NCBI GenBank assembly: GCA_031835245.2
Contig: JAVKOQ020000054.1
Location: 62,001-126,000, forward strand
Reading direction: 5' to 3'
Source of the DNA: Balamuthia mandrillaris
Taxonomy: Eukaryota
DNA: 64,000 nucleotides
Part shown: positions 34,862 to 49,240 of the stretch, one piece after another
How the letters are laid out: each line of letters begins with the position of its first letter
Numbering within the stretch: the first letter of the stretch is position 1
Position numbers and translations under genes: made by a program
The notes under the pieces: generated by a model
Told to the model about the DNA's origin: nothing
Databases searched by the model: none
What the model saw: only the letters and a program-made list of their open reading frames with translations

Positions 34862-37247
34862 TCACAAAGCACGCTTGGTGGACAAGTCTCGGTACAGTAG
34901 GTATAGCTGCACAGCCATGACCAAAGGAGGAGGCACTCTGCGTCCAGCCACCGACCAGTTGTGCTGCCCATCCGAAGACAAGACGTCCTTCCCCACAAAC
35001 TTGAAACGAGGCAGAAGAGCGGAGGAAGGGGAGGCGTGTGTTGGCGGGAGAACTGCAGAGGAGGGCGAAGAGGCCACGTGATGAAACTCCTGCAACTTGG
35101 CGTGCCATTGGTAACGCATAAAGATTTCGCTCTTAGTTCCAGGCACATACCTATTTACATAATCTGTGAGCAAGAAGAGAAGAGAAAGCAATGAACTCAA
35201 GAAAGTTAATGCAGTACCAGTTGAACCAAACGCCATCCCAACTGCCGTGTCCGCCTGGAGACCCAGAAAGTTGTTGAACATGTTCGCCGTCCCATGAAAA
35301 CGAGATGGGTTCAGCACCCTCCTCGTTCTGGATCCTTTTGATGATGCCATAGCCATCAGTGGCCTTGCGAAGGTAGTGCCATTCGTAGGACTGGCCCTTA
35401 GAATTGCCCGATATGACCGCCTCGCTAAACTGATACAGATACATTTCCTGCATCAATGTGGGCTATTTTCAAAAAAACATTAGATCGCAGAAGCGGAAAG
35501 AGAGGAGAATAAAGTTCATTACCCTGCCTCGCAACTTGGAAATGTAGCTGCTGCTTTGTACTCGCTTTCTGTTGGCGGCAGTATCAACGCAAAGCATCCA
35601 CTTGATCATAACATTTCTGTGCTTACTATGCAGGTAAATATTGCCCGTTTGGAAGCTTATCTTGGTGCAGTACTCCGTCTTGTGAATATTTTGCTTGAAG
35701 CAGATTTCCTCCAGGTCGTAGAGACGATATTCATCAATGGGCCAGGCTGCATGCAGTCAAATCACATCAAAAAGAATAGTTATTAGTTAGTTAGGAGCTC
35801 ATCATCATTGACGAGAAGAGAGTTGATAGGGACCACTTGAAGCCACGCCATCCTCTCCAAGAGCATCGGTCGCTTTGTAGACTTTGAGTGATGAGAAATC
35901 CAGAGTAAAGTATCTGGTGACCCACTTCTTTTTCAACCCTTTCTTCTCCAATCGATTCAGATAGCCTGACAGAAAGATGAGATATTACGGAGAATCAGCG
36001 ATTTGAAGAAGAGAGGAGGCTTTTGGTGTGTTTTAAGAGGTACCTAGATGTACGAACGAAGGGGACTTTCCTTTGGAGAACGAAAGCTTGAGGAAACTGT
36101 CACCTCCGCCGTTGCTGTGGGATTGGTACTCGAGCTCGGTGCTGAACATTTTAGTTTTGTCCTTGGGCTCGAGCTCGTCGGGGTTGCTATTGCTTTGAGC
36201 CGCTCCACTTGGTTTTAGGGCACGAGTGCTAAAGACGGTGGTGGTTGCTATCGATTGAGATCGTTGTTGGCGGGGGCCTGGCTCCTGTTGAGGGGGATAC
36301 TTGAGAGAGCAGGCCAGTTCTCTGTCCTTTGGCCTATTGCAAGGTTCAGGGTGTCGTACTTCTTGTTCCTGTTCTTCTTCGTCCTCGTCGTATTCTTGTT
36401 CCCCCTCGTCCTCCTCTTCGTCCTCAGTCCCAGAAGAGGCAGTGGAATCCCAGAACGAGTCAGAGTCGTCCACGCCACTCCCTTCCTCGTCGGATGCTGC
36501 GGTGTCCTCTTCGTCTTCTTGTTGCTGTCGTCGCTTAGTGGCGTTGTCGTAACCGTCGGCACCGTAGTGGTGATCGTTACCACGTGCTTGACGTCTTTGA
36601 CTACCACGGAGCGACGGTTGCTTGGGGCCAGCGGCAGTCTTCGCAGTTCTTGTGGCGCCTCCACGTGGTTTCTCTGAAACTTCCACGGCAGCCTCCTCCG
36701 CGAATTTCTCGGTGCGGTATACGGTTTTGCCTCCGACTTTTCCTCCTCTTTCCTCCCTCTGTTGCTGTGGCTGTGATGAGGATGAGGTTGAAGCCCGAGG
36801 AGACGAGGAAGAGCCTTTGGAATCCCCTACCTGAATTCTGCCTCTGCCGTCAAAGCGTGGTTTCTCTGGTTGTGGTTGTTGTGATGGTTGTGGTTGAGAT
36901 TGTTGTTTTAACTTGTCTTCCTCGATGGAGGAGATAAGTTGGTTGGCCTTGACTAGGCTCTGAAAGGCCACGTTGACGCTGCGTTGCATGTCCAGCCACA
37001 CCATCTCCAGCGTCGCCCTGCTGAGGGGAAGCTCCACGTCGCCACCGCCCTCAGGGAGCTTCTCCTTCAGCAGGAAGAACTGGTTGGCCTTTTGCTTGAG
37101 CCTGTCGTAGGCGGTGAGCCATTGCTGGCGCATCGCCTCGTCCAGGCCTCCCGTGGCGGCTGCCTCGCTGATGGTGCTTGCCAGCTGTCTGCATTCGTCT
37201 GTCCGTTTGATAACGTCCTCTCCAACCTTTCGTAAGTAAGAAGACAT
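34862..37247 (-). CDS. PH-domain protein with an acidic linker and a Trp-rich C-terminal region
   Basis: Exons not in the ORF track read GYLNRLEKKGLKKKWVTRYFTL and GNIYLHSKHRNVMIKWMLCV (PH fold). They join ORFs 36033..37454, 35151..35456 and 34862..35356. Confidence 0.75.
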
Positions 37248-37669
37248 TCCCCTCTCTCTCCCTCTTCGTTTTGCTTGTGTATGTGTGGTGTGCCTGCTAT
37301 AGGGTTGTTTTTTTTTTTTGCTTTCTGTTCTTTTCCACCTCTTTAAAACGTTCCTAGCACAAACCACCCCTCCCTCCCTCCGATTCTTCAGAGTTGTGAG
37401 AGAAAGAACGCAGGGAAAGCAACCGAGGAGAACCACCGTAGAAATTGGTGGCAACCTCGCTCAACTTTCACCAACAGCTCTTGTGCTTTCTTAAAATTGG
37501 GTATATCCCCCCAGCGTCATGCCTTCCTGCATGCCTATCATGTCATAAGCCATCAGAAGTTTCAACGACGGTCCTTGCTCTGCTCGTTGGCCTTGCCCAT
37601 GAAATTCCCGCCTTCCCTTCCACCGCTTCTCTCCCTGTTTTCCCCATTGTTTTTCTCTCCTCTTTTTTT

Positions 37670-37890
37670 TCCCTGCTCTCTCCTCTCTGCTCTCTGCTCT
37701 CTCCTCTCTCCTCTCTGCTCTCTGCTCTCTGCTCTCTGCTCTCTCCTCTCTCCTCTATTCTCTCTTCTCGCCTCTCCACTCTCCTCTCTGCTCTCTCCTC
37801 TCTCCTCTCCCTCTCTCTCCTCTCCCCTCTCCTCTCTCCCTCTCCTCTCCCTCTCTCCTCTCTCCTCTCTCCTCTCTCCTCCTCTCTGTT
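37670..37890. repeat. (CTCTC/CTCTG)n pyrimidine array between divergent genes
   Basis: Seen directly. Confidence 0.9.
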
Positions 37891-37984
37891 CTCATGTCCT
37901 TTCTCGCTCTCCTTGCAGCCATTTTACTCTCTCTCTGCAACAGCCGATAGCGCAAAGGACAACGCCGGGCGAGTGTTGAGGAGC

Positions 37985-38536
37985 ATGAACGGCAGGGGGA
38001 GTAAGGTTGAGTTCCGGCTGAACGCGACGGCGGTGATGCAGGAGGCCGCCAAGCTGCGAGAAGAAGACCAGCGGCGCGAACTCCTAGAGAGCAGGATCTT
38101 GCCACCCTCTTGCAACTTAGACCCTCTCTTCCCGCCGCTCTCCATGTCCGCACTTCTCCCTCTCCTCCTCCTTGTCTCTCTTGTTCTTCTGTACTCACAT
38201 TATTCTCTTTTTGTAGCCGAGAATACGAAGCAATGGAAAGAGATAGAGGCAAATACTTGCTGTACATGACGGCCTTGTTCGCAGCCACTGCCAAGGTTAT
38301 CAGCCAACGGACGACGATGAAAGAGGAAGACGTGCTGCTGCGGTACTTTGTGTTGGGCCCTGGTTTGGGGCGCCTCATCTCGTTCTGCGTGGAGGCCGCT
38401 CGTCATTTTGGGGTTGGATTTCAAGTGCACGCCCTTGAAGCTAACCCTCGCTCAGTAGGTTCTTCTTCTTTCTTCTCGATCTTGTTCTTCTTCCTCTTCT
38501 TCTTCTTCCTCTCCCATGAGCCTTCTTTGTCTTCTT

Positions 38537-38579
<43 letters not shown>

Positions 38580-38960
38580 TCTCTTTCTTGTCGTTTTTCT
38601 TGTCATTTCTTTCTTTCTTTCTTTCTTCCTTCCTTCCTTCCTTCTTTTCTCCCTTTCTCTCTCTCTCTCTCTCTCTCTCCGTTTTTTCTTTCTTCCATTC
38701 TCACTTGTTGTTTCTTTCTTCCTTTACTTGCTTGTCCCTCGGCTAACGTTCCGTTTTTAACTGAGTAGAATTTCTAAAGCAACGGTTCAAGTCTGAACAG
38801 GAAGACGGCTTGGTTGTGCTTCATCCTCCTTGTACTCTCCACGCTGCTGCGGTCTCTCTCTCTTACCAAGAAGGAAATCAGGAACAAGAAGCAATTGCAA
38901 ATGAAGAGTTACCCTCATCGCTTCTTCCTCACCTTCAGTCGTTTGACATTATTGTAGCGG

Positions 38961-38998
<38 letters not shown>

Positions 38999-40163
38999 TC
39001 GCTCTCTCTTTTTCTCTCATTCATTCTGACTAATGAGCATATACCAGGTGTTGGGCTCATTTGGTGACAACGAGTTTCTTCCGGAATTGATGCATCGAGC
39101 CAATCGCCTCTTTGCCAAAAGCGATGGTTCTGCTATAACAATCCCGAGTTGGTGGGCTACGTACGTGGCTCCCATACATAGTCCTTCTCTCTACGATACC
39201 GTGATCCAGCAAGCTAAGCGACTGGCAACTACCTACAAGCAAAGAGCAAGGAATATGGGACGAAAACAGCCACCAACCAAGAAACAAAAGAGCAGACACG
39301 GCAATGAAGTAGAGAATGCTGTACAAGCGCAGGAACAGCATGAAGAAGAAAGAGATAAGCGATGCACCAGTGAAAGAGAAGAAGAGGAGAGTGAAGAGAA
39401 AGTAAAAGAGGAAGAGGAGGCGATACACAAAAGATTGCAACGATTCTACGTGACGGCATTACCACCAGATGCATATTTTCTGGCCCAGCCGAAGATGCTT
39501 TACTCTTTTGATTGCACCGTCACTCCACAAACAACCTATGCTGGTTCTGTGGCCTTTTCTATCGATTCTTCTTCTTCATTGCCATCATGCCATCACCACA
39601 GCAATGGCGAATTGGTAGTGCATGGGTTTGTTGGCTACTTTCGTTGCGGCTTATTTGAAGACCTGCACATAGACTCTATTCAGGGTTCTTCTACTCAAAA
39701 TACCTACCACTGGGAAAGCTTTTTCTTTCCTCTTGTCCAACCCATTCCTTTCCCTTCTGTGAAAGACAGAGAAGGCAATGACTCTTCTTCCCCACCGTAC
39801 AAGACACAACTAACAACAATCCAACTTCAGCTGTTCCGACAGACAGAACATCTTCCACAGTCACCATTCTTGCAACGGTCATCTTCCTCTTCCACCTTCT
39901 CTTCCGCTGCAGCATCGAACATAGAGAAAGAGCCACAAAAGGAGAAGGAGAGGGAGTACAATGAAGAGGAGAAAGAAGAGTTGGTGGTAAGAAGGATGGC
40001 TGTGTGGTACGAGTGGCAAGTATCTCACCGCAGTGGCAACGTGGTGACGAGCAACACTATTCTGCACAACATGGTTAGCTACTCTTTCAGATCGCTTTAC
40101 AAAACAGTATTCTTATTCTTATTGCAACAAAAGGGAGGAAAGCACCACTGTTTGTACTTGTAA
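37985..40163 (+). CDS. PRMT5-like protein arginine methyltransferase (catalytic Rossmann fold and beta-barrel only)
   Basis: YEAMERDRGKY, VLGPGLGRL, ALEANP, DIIVAE-VLGSFGDNEFLPE (double-E loop), IPSWWATYVAPI, VHGFVGYF, HWESFFFPL, VWYEW, LHNMGGK. Multi-exon; the start is uncertain. Confidence 0.85.
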
Positions 40164-40250
40164 GCAATGACAGAACGTTCGCAACCAAGCCAAGAAACAG
40201 CATCGTCTTGTTTCCTCAAGCAACACCACTCCAAAGAAGCGGAATTGCCA

Positions 40251-42399
<2,149 letters not shown>

Positions 42400-42528
42400 C
42401 TTTTCTCTCTTCTTTTCGTTTGTTTTCAGTTATAAACAAGTCCCTTAGTTATAAAGGGACCACAAATATAGTCTATATTAGGCACAATTATAGCAGCATT
42501 GCTGGACAGGCGTGCGAACGGAGCGGAA

Positions 42529-43397
42529 ATGGAGAAAGAGGCAGAGGGCAAGAGAGAGAAGCACCAGAATCAACAGCAAGAGGTCTATGAAGAGGATGAG
42601 GCCTTTGTCTTCGAGATAGTGACCGCCTCCAACTTCAAGGAGACGGGAGAGGCATGGGCACGCATTAACTCCACTGCGGAACCAGCCGCTTTGCACGTAA
42701 TACGCACCCTCTCGTTACCTCCCCTAACGTTCTCAACTCTGTTGTTGCGCTCCAACAGTTGGGTTTAACCTATGAGCAACACTTGGCGGCATGGCCAGAG
42801 GCCTTCGCGGCCATCCCCAAGCAAGGCCTCTCCCTGGTGGCCAGGGACAAACAGTCCGGCCGTTTGGTGGCCTTCCGCCTCGCCGTGGACCTTCACAGCG
42901 AGTCCGGGCTGCAACACTGGCTCGTGTCAACCTTGCTGCTGGGGGGCATGGCCAAAGGCTTCCGCCTGGCCCACATGCTTTGCCCTGAAACCCTGAAACC
43001 CGCTGCCGCCATGCCCTGGCTCATCAACCTTACCGTAAGCAAGTGGCGGGAAGCAACCGCCCAGAACAACAACGCAAGGAGCGCCCTCGGCCCCTCCCAG
43101 GTCCTTCACATGTATGGGGTGGGGGTGGAGGACGGGTTCACGGGGAAAGGCCTGGCCACCAGGATAACGGGGTTGACGGAGAGGCTGGCCAGGGAGAAAG
43201 GGTTTCGGTTGTCCCTGGTGGCCTGCAGCAACGCCATCTCGGCCCATGTCTTCGCCAACAAGCTGGGCTATGCGGAGCGGGCCAGGGTTTGCTACGACGA
43301 GCTGGTGTTCAACGGGGAGCACGTCTTTGGCGGCATGATGAACCGCCGGAAAGACGGCCAGGAGAGGTACATGATAGTGATGGACAAGGAGTTGTGA
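42529..43397 (+). CDS. GNAT-family N-acetyltransferase (arylalkylamine-NAT-like)
   Basis: GLSLVARDKQSGRLVAF, VGVEDGFTGKGLATRI (motif A), CSNAISAHVF-KLGY. Intron 42697-42758 is in frame. Confidence 0.85.
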
Positions 43398-43970
43398 GAG
43401 GCGGGTTTGTCCCTCTTTCATCGACCTTGAAACAGGTATTTGTTTTGGTTTTTATCCCTGGCTGGCCGGCCGGCCGGGTGGTTTGCTTTGTGGGTTTGAA
43501 CGGTTGGTTAGCTGTCGTCATTGGTTGATGCGGTAGGGCAGTTGCTTCAGATGCAGTCATCAGTCATCCGGCAGAAGGCTTCTCCGATGGGGCACCCTCA
43601 AAAAAGAAAAGTTGACCCTCCCTCCTGCAGCAACTTGTCCTCGAACTCCTCCTCCACAGCTTGGGTAAAAACCTCTAGATCCACAGCAACACACACGCTC
43701 GTTTACTAAGTTAAGTGGCCTTTGCGGAAGCACGTGATGGTGATATTGCCGGAGCTTTCCAAGGAAGGAGAACCGTTTCCGGAGGTAAGCACAAAACGAA
43801 CCGAAGGTCTCTTTCTATGCTGACGTTTTTTTTTGCCTTCCGGTCTACTTCGTTGAAGCCGCGGGCGATAGTGTCTTGGGCTACGGAGAGAGGGTCAACG
43901 CCCATCCATCACTTCCCTCGAAAGAGCGAGCCAACAACAAAGCGAACAGTTTGGAGGGAAACAAAGGAGA

Positions 43971-44285
43971 ATGGCGGCAGAAGCGGAGCAGGTCGTGCTC
44001 AGCAAGAGACAGGCCTTTGAGGGTTTGGCCAAGAACTTGGTTGCCACCAAGGATGACGGTACTGCTGCTCCTCTCCACTGTTGACGGATGGTTCAGAACG
44101 TTCGTTCTGGGCTTCTCTCCCATGGAACTGAAATAACATGCTTTTGTGGGCCGATCATACCTGCAGAGAACATGAAAGCGTTTCTGTTTTCCTACCATCA
44201 TTTTTTACCGGAGGACACTGACCTGTTTCAGGTGTGGATGGCTCAATATCCTTTCCTTGCTTTGTTCTCTATCCCTCTCCTGGCT

Positions 44286-44327
<42 letters not shown>

Positions 44328-45516
44328 GGCTTTCTCTTTAACGAAGCAACGTTCGAGCTGGCATGTGCCAACGAACAACAAGGCAACAAAAAATACAGCG
44401 TGGACAGGTTGGTTGTTTTCCGTCTGCTCTCGCAGAACCTTGCTGACCTACCTCGTTGTTATGTGGTTCTTCTGCAGAATGCTCGAATTCCTGAAAATGT
44501 GGTGGGACATGCACCCAGATGACTTCACCAGAGCTAACGTTAACTTGCTGCTTACCGCTATCAAAGCGCGTCGCCCCGAAGCATTGAACCACTTCAAACT
44601 CTTGTTTCTCAAGCCCTCCAATGGCAGCAATGGTGGAAGCACTCCCAAACTAAACCCACAGCGCTCCAGAGACCACTTCTCCTATGCCATACCTACAGAA
44701 GCATGCTCGTCTTCTCCACATCCAGAGAAGGAAGAAGCAAGCGATGGCACTAACGTTAGATTGAAGAGATGTTCCTTTGCATCCCAACTGAGAGGAGCGG
44801 AAAAACGAGCAGCGGGTACATCAGCGACAAGGGACTTTTTGGAGGTGAGCAGCAGCCAGTTGGCCAGAGAGATGACCATGCTGGACTTTGAGTTGTTCAA
44901 CAAGGTGCAGTGCAAGGAGTTCCTTCATCACGTATGGCACTTCTCTTCTCGTCATGTCTTGGCTCCCAACATCACTGCTTACATCGCTCGCTTCAACGAG
45001 GTAACCTCCTCCGTTTCACTTTTCATGTTTCTTGACATCTTGCGGTCCAGTAACTTACAAAGCAAGACGACCAAAGGTGAGCTACTGGGTGGTGACAGAG
45101 ATACTGATGACCCGAAGAAAGGAGCAAGCCATGGTGCTGCGGAAGTTCATTCGCCTGGCCAATGGGTTTCTTCACCTAAATAACTTCAATGGAATGATAA
45201 TGATTATGTCAGCCCTCAACAACAGCACCATTGTTCGCCTCAAAGACGCTTGGGCGGTGCGTTTCATCCATCCCCTCATCCAACCGCAGCCTTTGGAGGA
45301 ATATTACTTTATTTATGGTTGTGATTGCCTTTCTGTGGAAGGTGAACTTATTTGCTTGCTTGATGAAATAGGGGCTTGGAGAGAAAGAGATGGCCACATT
45401 CCGAAATCTGGAAGAATTGCTGTGCAACCAACAAAACTTCAGTAACTACTTTCAGGAGTTCAAGAAACGTCCCTTCCCCAAAGTTCCTTACTTTGGTTCG
45501 TCTCTCTCTCTTTCTC

Positions 45517-45550
<34 letters not shown>

Positions 45551-48500
45551 CTTTTTTCACGTTTTGTTCATCTGCCATGGTGGCGGTTAACTAACCACAA
45601 CAATGGAACAGCATTGTTTTTGAGGGACTGCACATTCATCAACGACGGGAACAAGCCATACAACCGACATGGGATGATTAACTTTGAATTCATGACCATG
45701 CTTTATCAATGCCTTTCTGCAGTGAGAGACTGTCAGCGCCATCCCTATGACCTACTTCGCCACAAGGATATCCAATCCTTTCTTTGTTGTCTGCAGTTTA
45801 TCGACGATGAGGTCTCTCTCTCTCTCTTTTCTTGCTTCCGCGAAGACATACTTACTCATTACACGTTCAATAGGATGCATTGTATTTGTTGTCATTGAAG
45901 GCTCAGCCAGGTCTTTGGACTAACGAAGCAGTCAGGTTCTTATCTTATTTATATCTGTTTCTATGTATATAATGACACCAACGATGTAGAGATGTGGCCA
46001 AAGAAGAGCGAGGCTCCAGCGACCGCTTATCTTATGACGGTCCCGTGACTACGTCCTCCAACATGGGAGATGCTACTAATGAAGACCTCACGCTCGATAG
46101 TTACTCTGAAGATGAAGCTTACGAGAAAGCCCAAGCGCGCGATATTGTTGGGGCGAAGGAGGCAACAGTGGGAAAAAAGAGAAGAAAGCAAAGAAAAAAG
46201 CTGGTGCTGGACACAGAAGCACTGACAAAAGAAAAGATGGTGCTTCGCACGGTGAAAGAGGTGCCTGCAGCATTGGTGCCCATGCTGTTAAAAGCAGAAC
46301 AGGTGGTAGACCAGTATTACAGCAATTGTGTTCGCTCTGTCCTTGATGGTCCGTTCTCTCTCTCCAAACTTTTGTTATTGTGTCTTTGGATGTTTTATTG
46401 ACATACGTTTTGTTTCCACAACAGGGACGATCAACATACACCTCAAGAATTGGATGAAGAATGGGGACGGGGCTGATGACGGTAACGAGAGGTTGATATT
46501 GTTGCGAGCCACAGCCATGTCAGTGGACTTCTTCACCAGCCTGCGAGAGAACTTTGGGTTCTTTGGCCTTGCCAAGAAGCAACTGCAAACTGTGGCTCAA
46601 ACCCATCAAGCTCAAGCCATGCTCACTGGCTTTGGCTTTGGTTCTGCTAGTCCTTCTTCAAGCAACGCGGCTGGAGGAGGGGCCGAAAGCGGGAAGCGAG
46701 AAGGCTCCTTTGCAGAGGAAGAGAGTGTGTTTCAAGATTACACGGAAGAAGTCTCGGCCAAAATGCTCTACGACTTTGGCTATCTGACAGCGATGGGGGA
46801 CTGCAAGGCCTTCTCCAAGTTCACAGGTGCAACTGGGCTCGAGCTTTGGTCGATGGGTCCCATATTGTGCAACTACTCTGGCCAATCCAAGGCCAAACTG
46901 AAGAGTCAGGACGACGAGAGTGGGCTGAACCCAGAGGACCCTTATTCCTTGGCAGAGCTGATCTTTTGCTTCGAGTCAGAGTCGTGGCTGCGACGCAAGC
47001 TTCCTCTGCCTAAGATGAATCCTGTCCTCTTCCCCAAAGGTAAAGCCAAACACACGTCTGTTTGCCATTCCACCTGTGGATACATAGCAGGATGGAGCAC
47101 AGCGGCGTTGGGCAAGGAGATTGCTAGTGTGGAGCCACTTTGCAGAGCAAGAGGGGATCCCATTTGCACGTTTGTGCTGGCCTTGCCTAGTCGCTTGAAC
47201 CACTACCTCCGATTCTTCTACCACCGCAACAACCTCCCTGACATGAGCCACCAGGTGCTCAAGTACAACGTGTTGGACACCAAGGAAGCCTTTGCCTTCT
47301 CCACCAAGGCCATCTTGGCTGGAGACCAAGTTGCTGCTGCACCTTCCAGCTCTTCAGCATCATTGCCCTCCTTATCTCCAGTGGTGAGCAAGGACAAAAA
47401 GAAAATGATGGCGGTGAAGTTCCCGGTGGTGGGAAGGAAGAGACTGCCAGGCAAGCTTGAATCCAAATTAGACAATGCGGAGCTGGTTTCCACCACCACC
47501 AGAGAGGACCTGGCCCAGCAAGAGGACATCAAAGCCAAACAACATGCCATCTTTGAACAGTTGTTCAGCAAGTTCGTTTGCGATCCATTGAACGGGGAGG
47601 TGAGCTTGGAGGGGAAGGAGAAGTACATTTTCATGCGAGCGGAGACCCTCTCCACAGGGTTCTATCAGGTCATCTCCTCGCTCATGACCCAGCGAGAAGA
47701 ACAGCAGAAGCATCGCCACGAAGAGGAAGGAGTTGCGGTGGTGGCGCGTTCCTTTGCCACAAACTTTCTGTATGATCTCGGCCGCTGCTTTGCTCACAGT
47801 GATTTCGCCTTCTTCAAACACGTTATCCCTTCTCAGAGACTAGCGTATGTACACCTCCTTTTCCCCCCCCCCCTCTGCTTCTGTCTACACATGCTAACAG
47901 TACGCTATTTGCAGGTCAAAAGAAGAGCAGTGGTTGCAGCAGGTATTCTCCTTGCCTGAGATCCTGAGGAATGTAGGGTGGGGCAAGCTCACCGTTGCCT
48001 CTTCTTTGTCCATCTTGAACTTTGATCCCAAGAACCACTTCAAGCACTTTCTTCTCAGGTTTCTCCTCTATCCTCTCCTATCTTGTTCATTCCTCCTCCG
48101 CTTCCTCCTGTGTAGTGAGAGCCATTGACAAGCGTGTGCGGACAGGTATACCGTGAAAGACAGCTTCGAAGCAGCAGCCTACCTCAAAGACCAGTGGACC
48201 AAAGCCAAGCACCAATACGACGCCCAACAACAATCCTCCAACAAAGGCAAGAGCAACGGATTGAAGCAGCTGCGCGTGCAACACGTACAGCATTCTCCCG
48301 TGTGCATCCTCAACTGTGGTTTTGTCAACTGCTTCTTGGAGGAATGCATTCATGAGTTGTCTTCCTCCTCCTCATCCACCAAGAAAAGCAAGGAGGAAGG
48401 AAGTGGAGAAGAGGGAAGAGTGCAACTGGGAACAGTGGAGGTGAGTTGTGTGGCATGTGGACATGAGAGATGCGAGTTCCTGGTGGCTCCAGCGGAGCTA

Positions 48501-48635
48501 ATGTTCGCCCACGTGATGAGGTACCTGAAAGAGAACGGGAGGGAGGGGGAGGTGAGCTGGCTGCGAGGCTTGGAGATCGTGATGAGGAGGTTCAAGGACG
48601 GGAGGGGCTATTTCTCTCGACTATTTCGCAAGTGA
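43971..48635 (+). CDS. RasGEF (REM plus CDC25) fused to tandem XylR-N/V4R sensor modules
   Basis: REM: KAFLFSYHHF..RMLEFLKMWWDMHPDDF. CDC25: LAREMTMLDFELF, RFNE-VSYWV, LNNFNG, PKVPYF, FLRDCTFINDGN, INFE. V4R: CHSTCGYIAGW..VEPLCRARGDPICTF and CILNCGFVNCF..VEVSCVACGHERCEF. Further 5' exons are possible. Confidence 0.85.
44246..44350 (+). other. U12-type AT-AC intron in the RasGEF REM domain
   Basis: 5' ATATCCTTT, internal (CT)n tract, branch-like TCTTTAAC 8 nt before the terminal AC. Removal gives VWMAQ-FELACANEQ in frame. Confidence 0.8.
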
Positions 48636-49240
48636 GTGACTGTTTTGTAAATGAACTGAGGCGGCGCCCTTTGTAAATGAACTGTTTCTTTGGCGAATGT
48701 TCGTTTTTGTGGAGCAGTGGTGGGCTAATGGTGGGTGGTGGTGTGTTGTGTGGGTGCAGTGCCCGTAGCACTGATGTGTGGTTTCTGGAAAAAAAAAATA
48801 TGATGTATGTATGTACGCAAAGGCAAAAAAAAAATGCCCTCTCTCCTTCCCTCCCTCCCTCCCCAACAAACAAACAACAAACAAACATAACCCAAAAAAC
48901 AAAAACACAACACACAACACAAAATAAAAATAAAAAAAGAGTGGAAAAAAAAAGTGCATATCCGCCATGAGCCCAATCCCTGTGTCCCGCTCCCCAATCT
49001 GCCAAGTGTACAGCCGCAGTCCTTCTCTATCCATCCCCTCACTCACCAGTTCCCGCTCCCCATCCATATTAGCCCTGGGTGGCTTGCCTCCTCCTCCCGT
49101 TGACGCAGCACCAGTCAAAAACTTGCGTGGTGGTCATGATTTGACCACCAGCGCCTTTGAAAGTGGTAGTGGCGGCAGCAAGAATGAAAAGGGCCACCAG
49201 GGCTGAATTGTGGTGAGTGTCGCTAAAGAAATTGTGTGAG

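Noticed and set aside
48621..49240. Possible extra exon or small gene between the RasGEF and CCCH genes
   Set aside because: No convincing frame or motif; probably convergent 3' UTRs.
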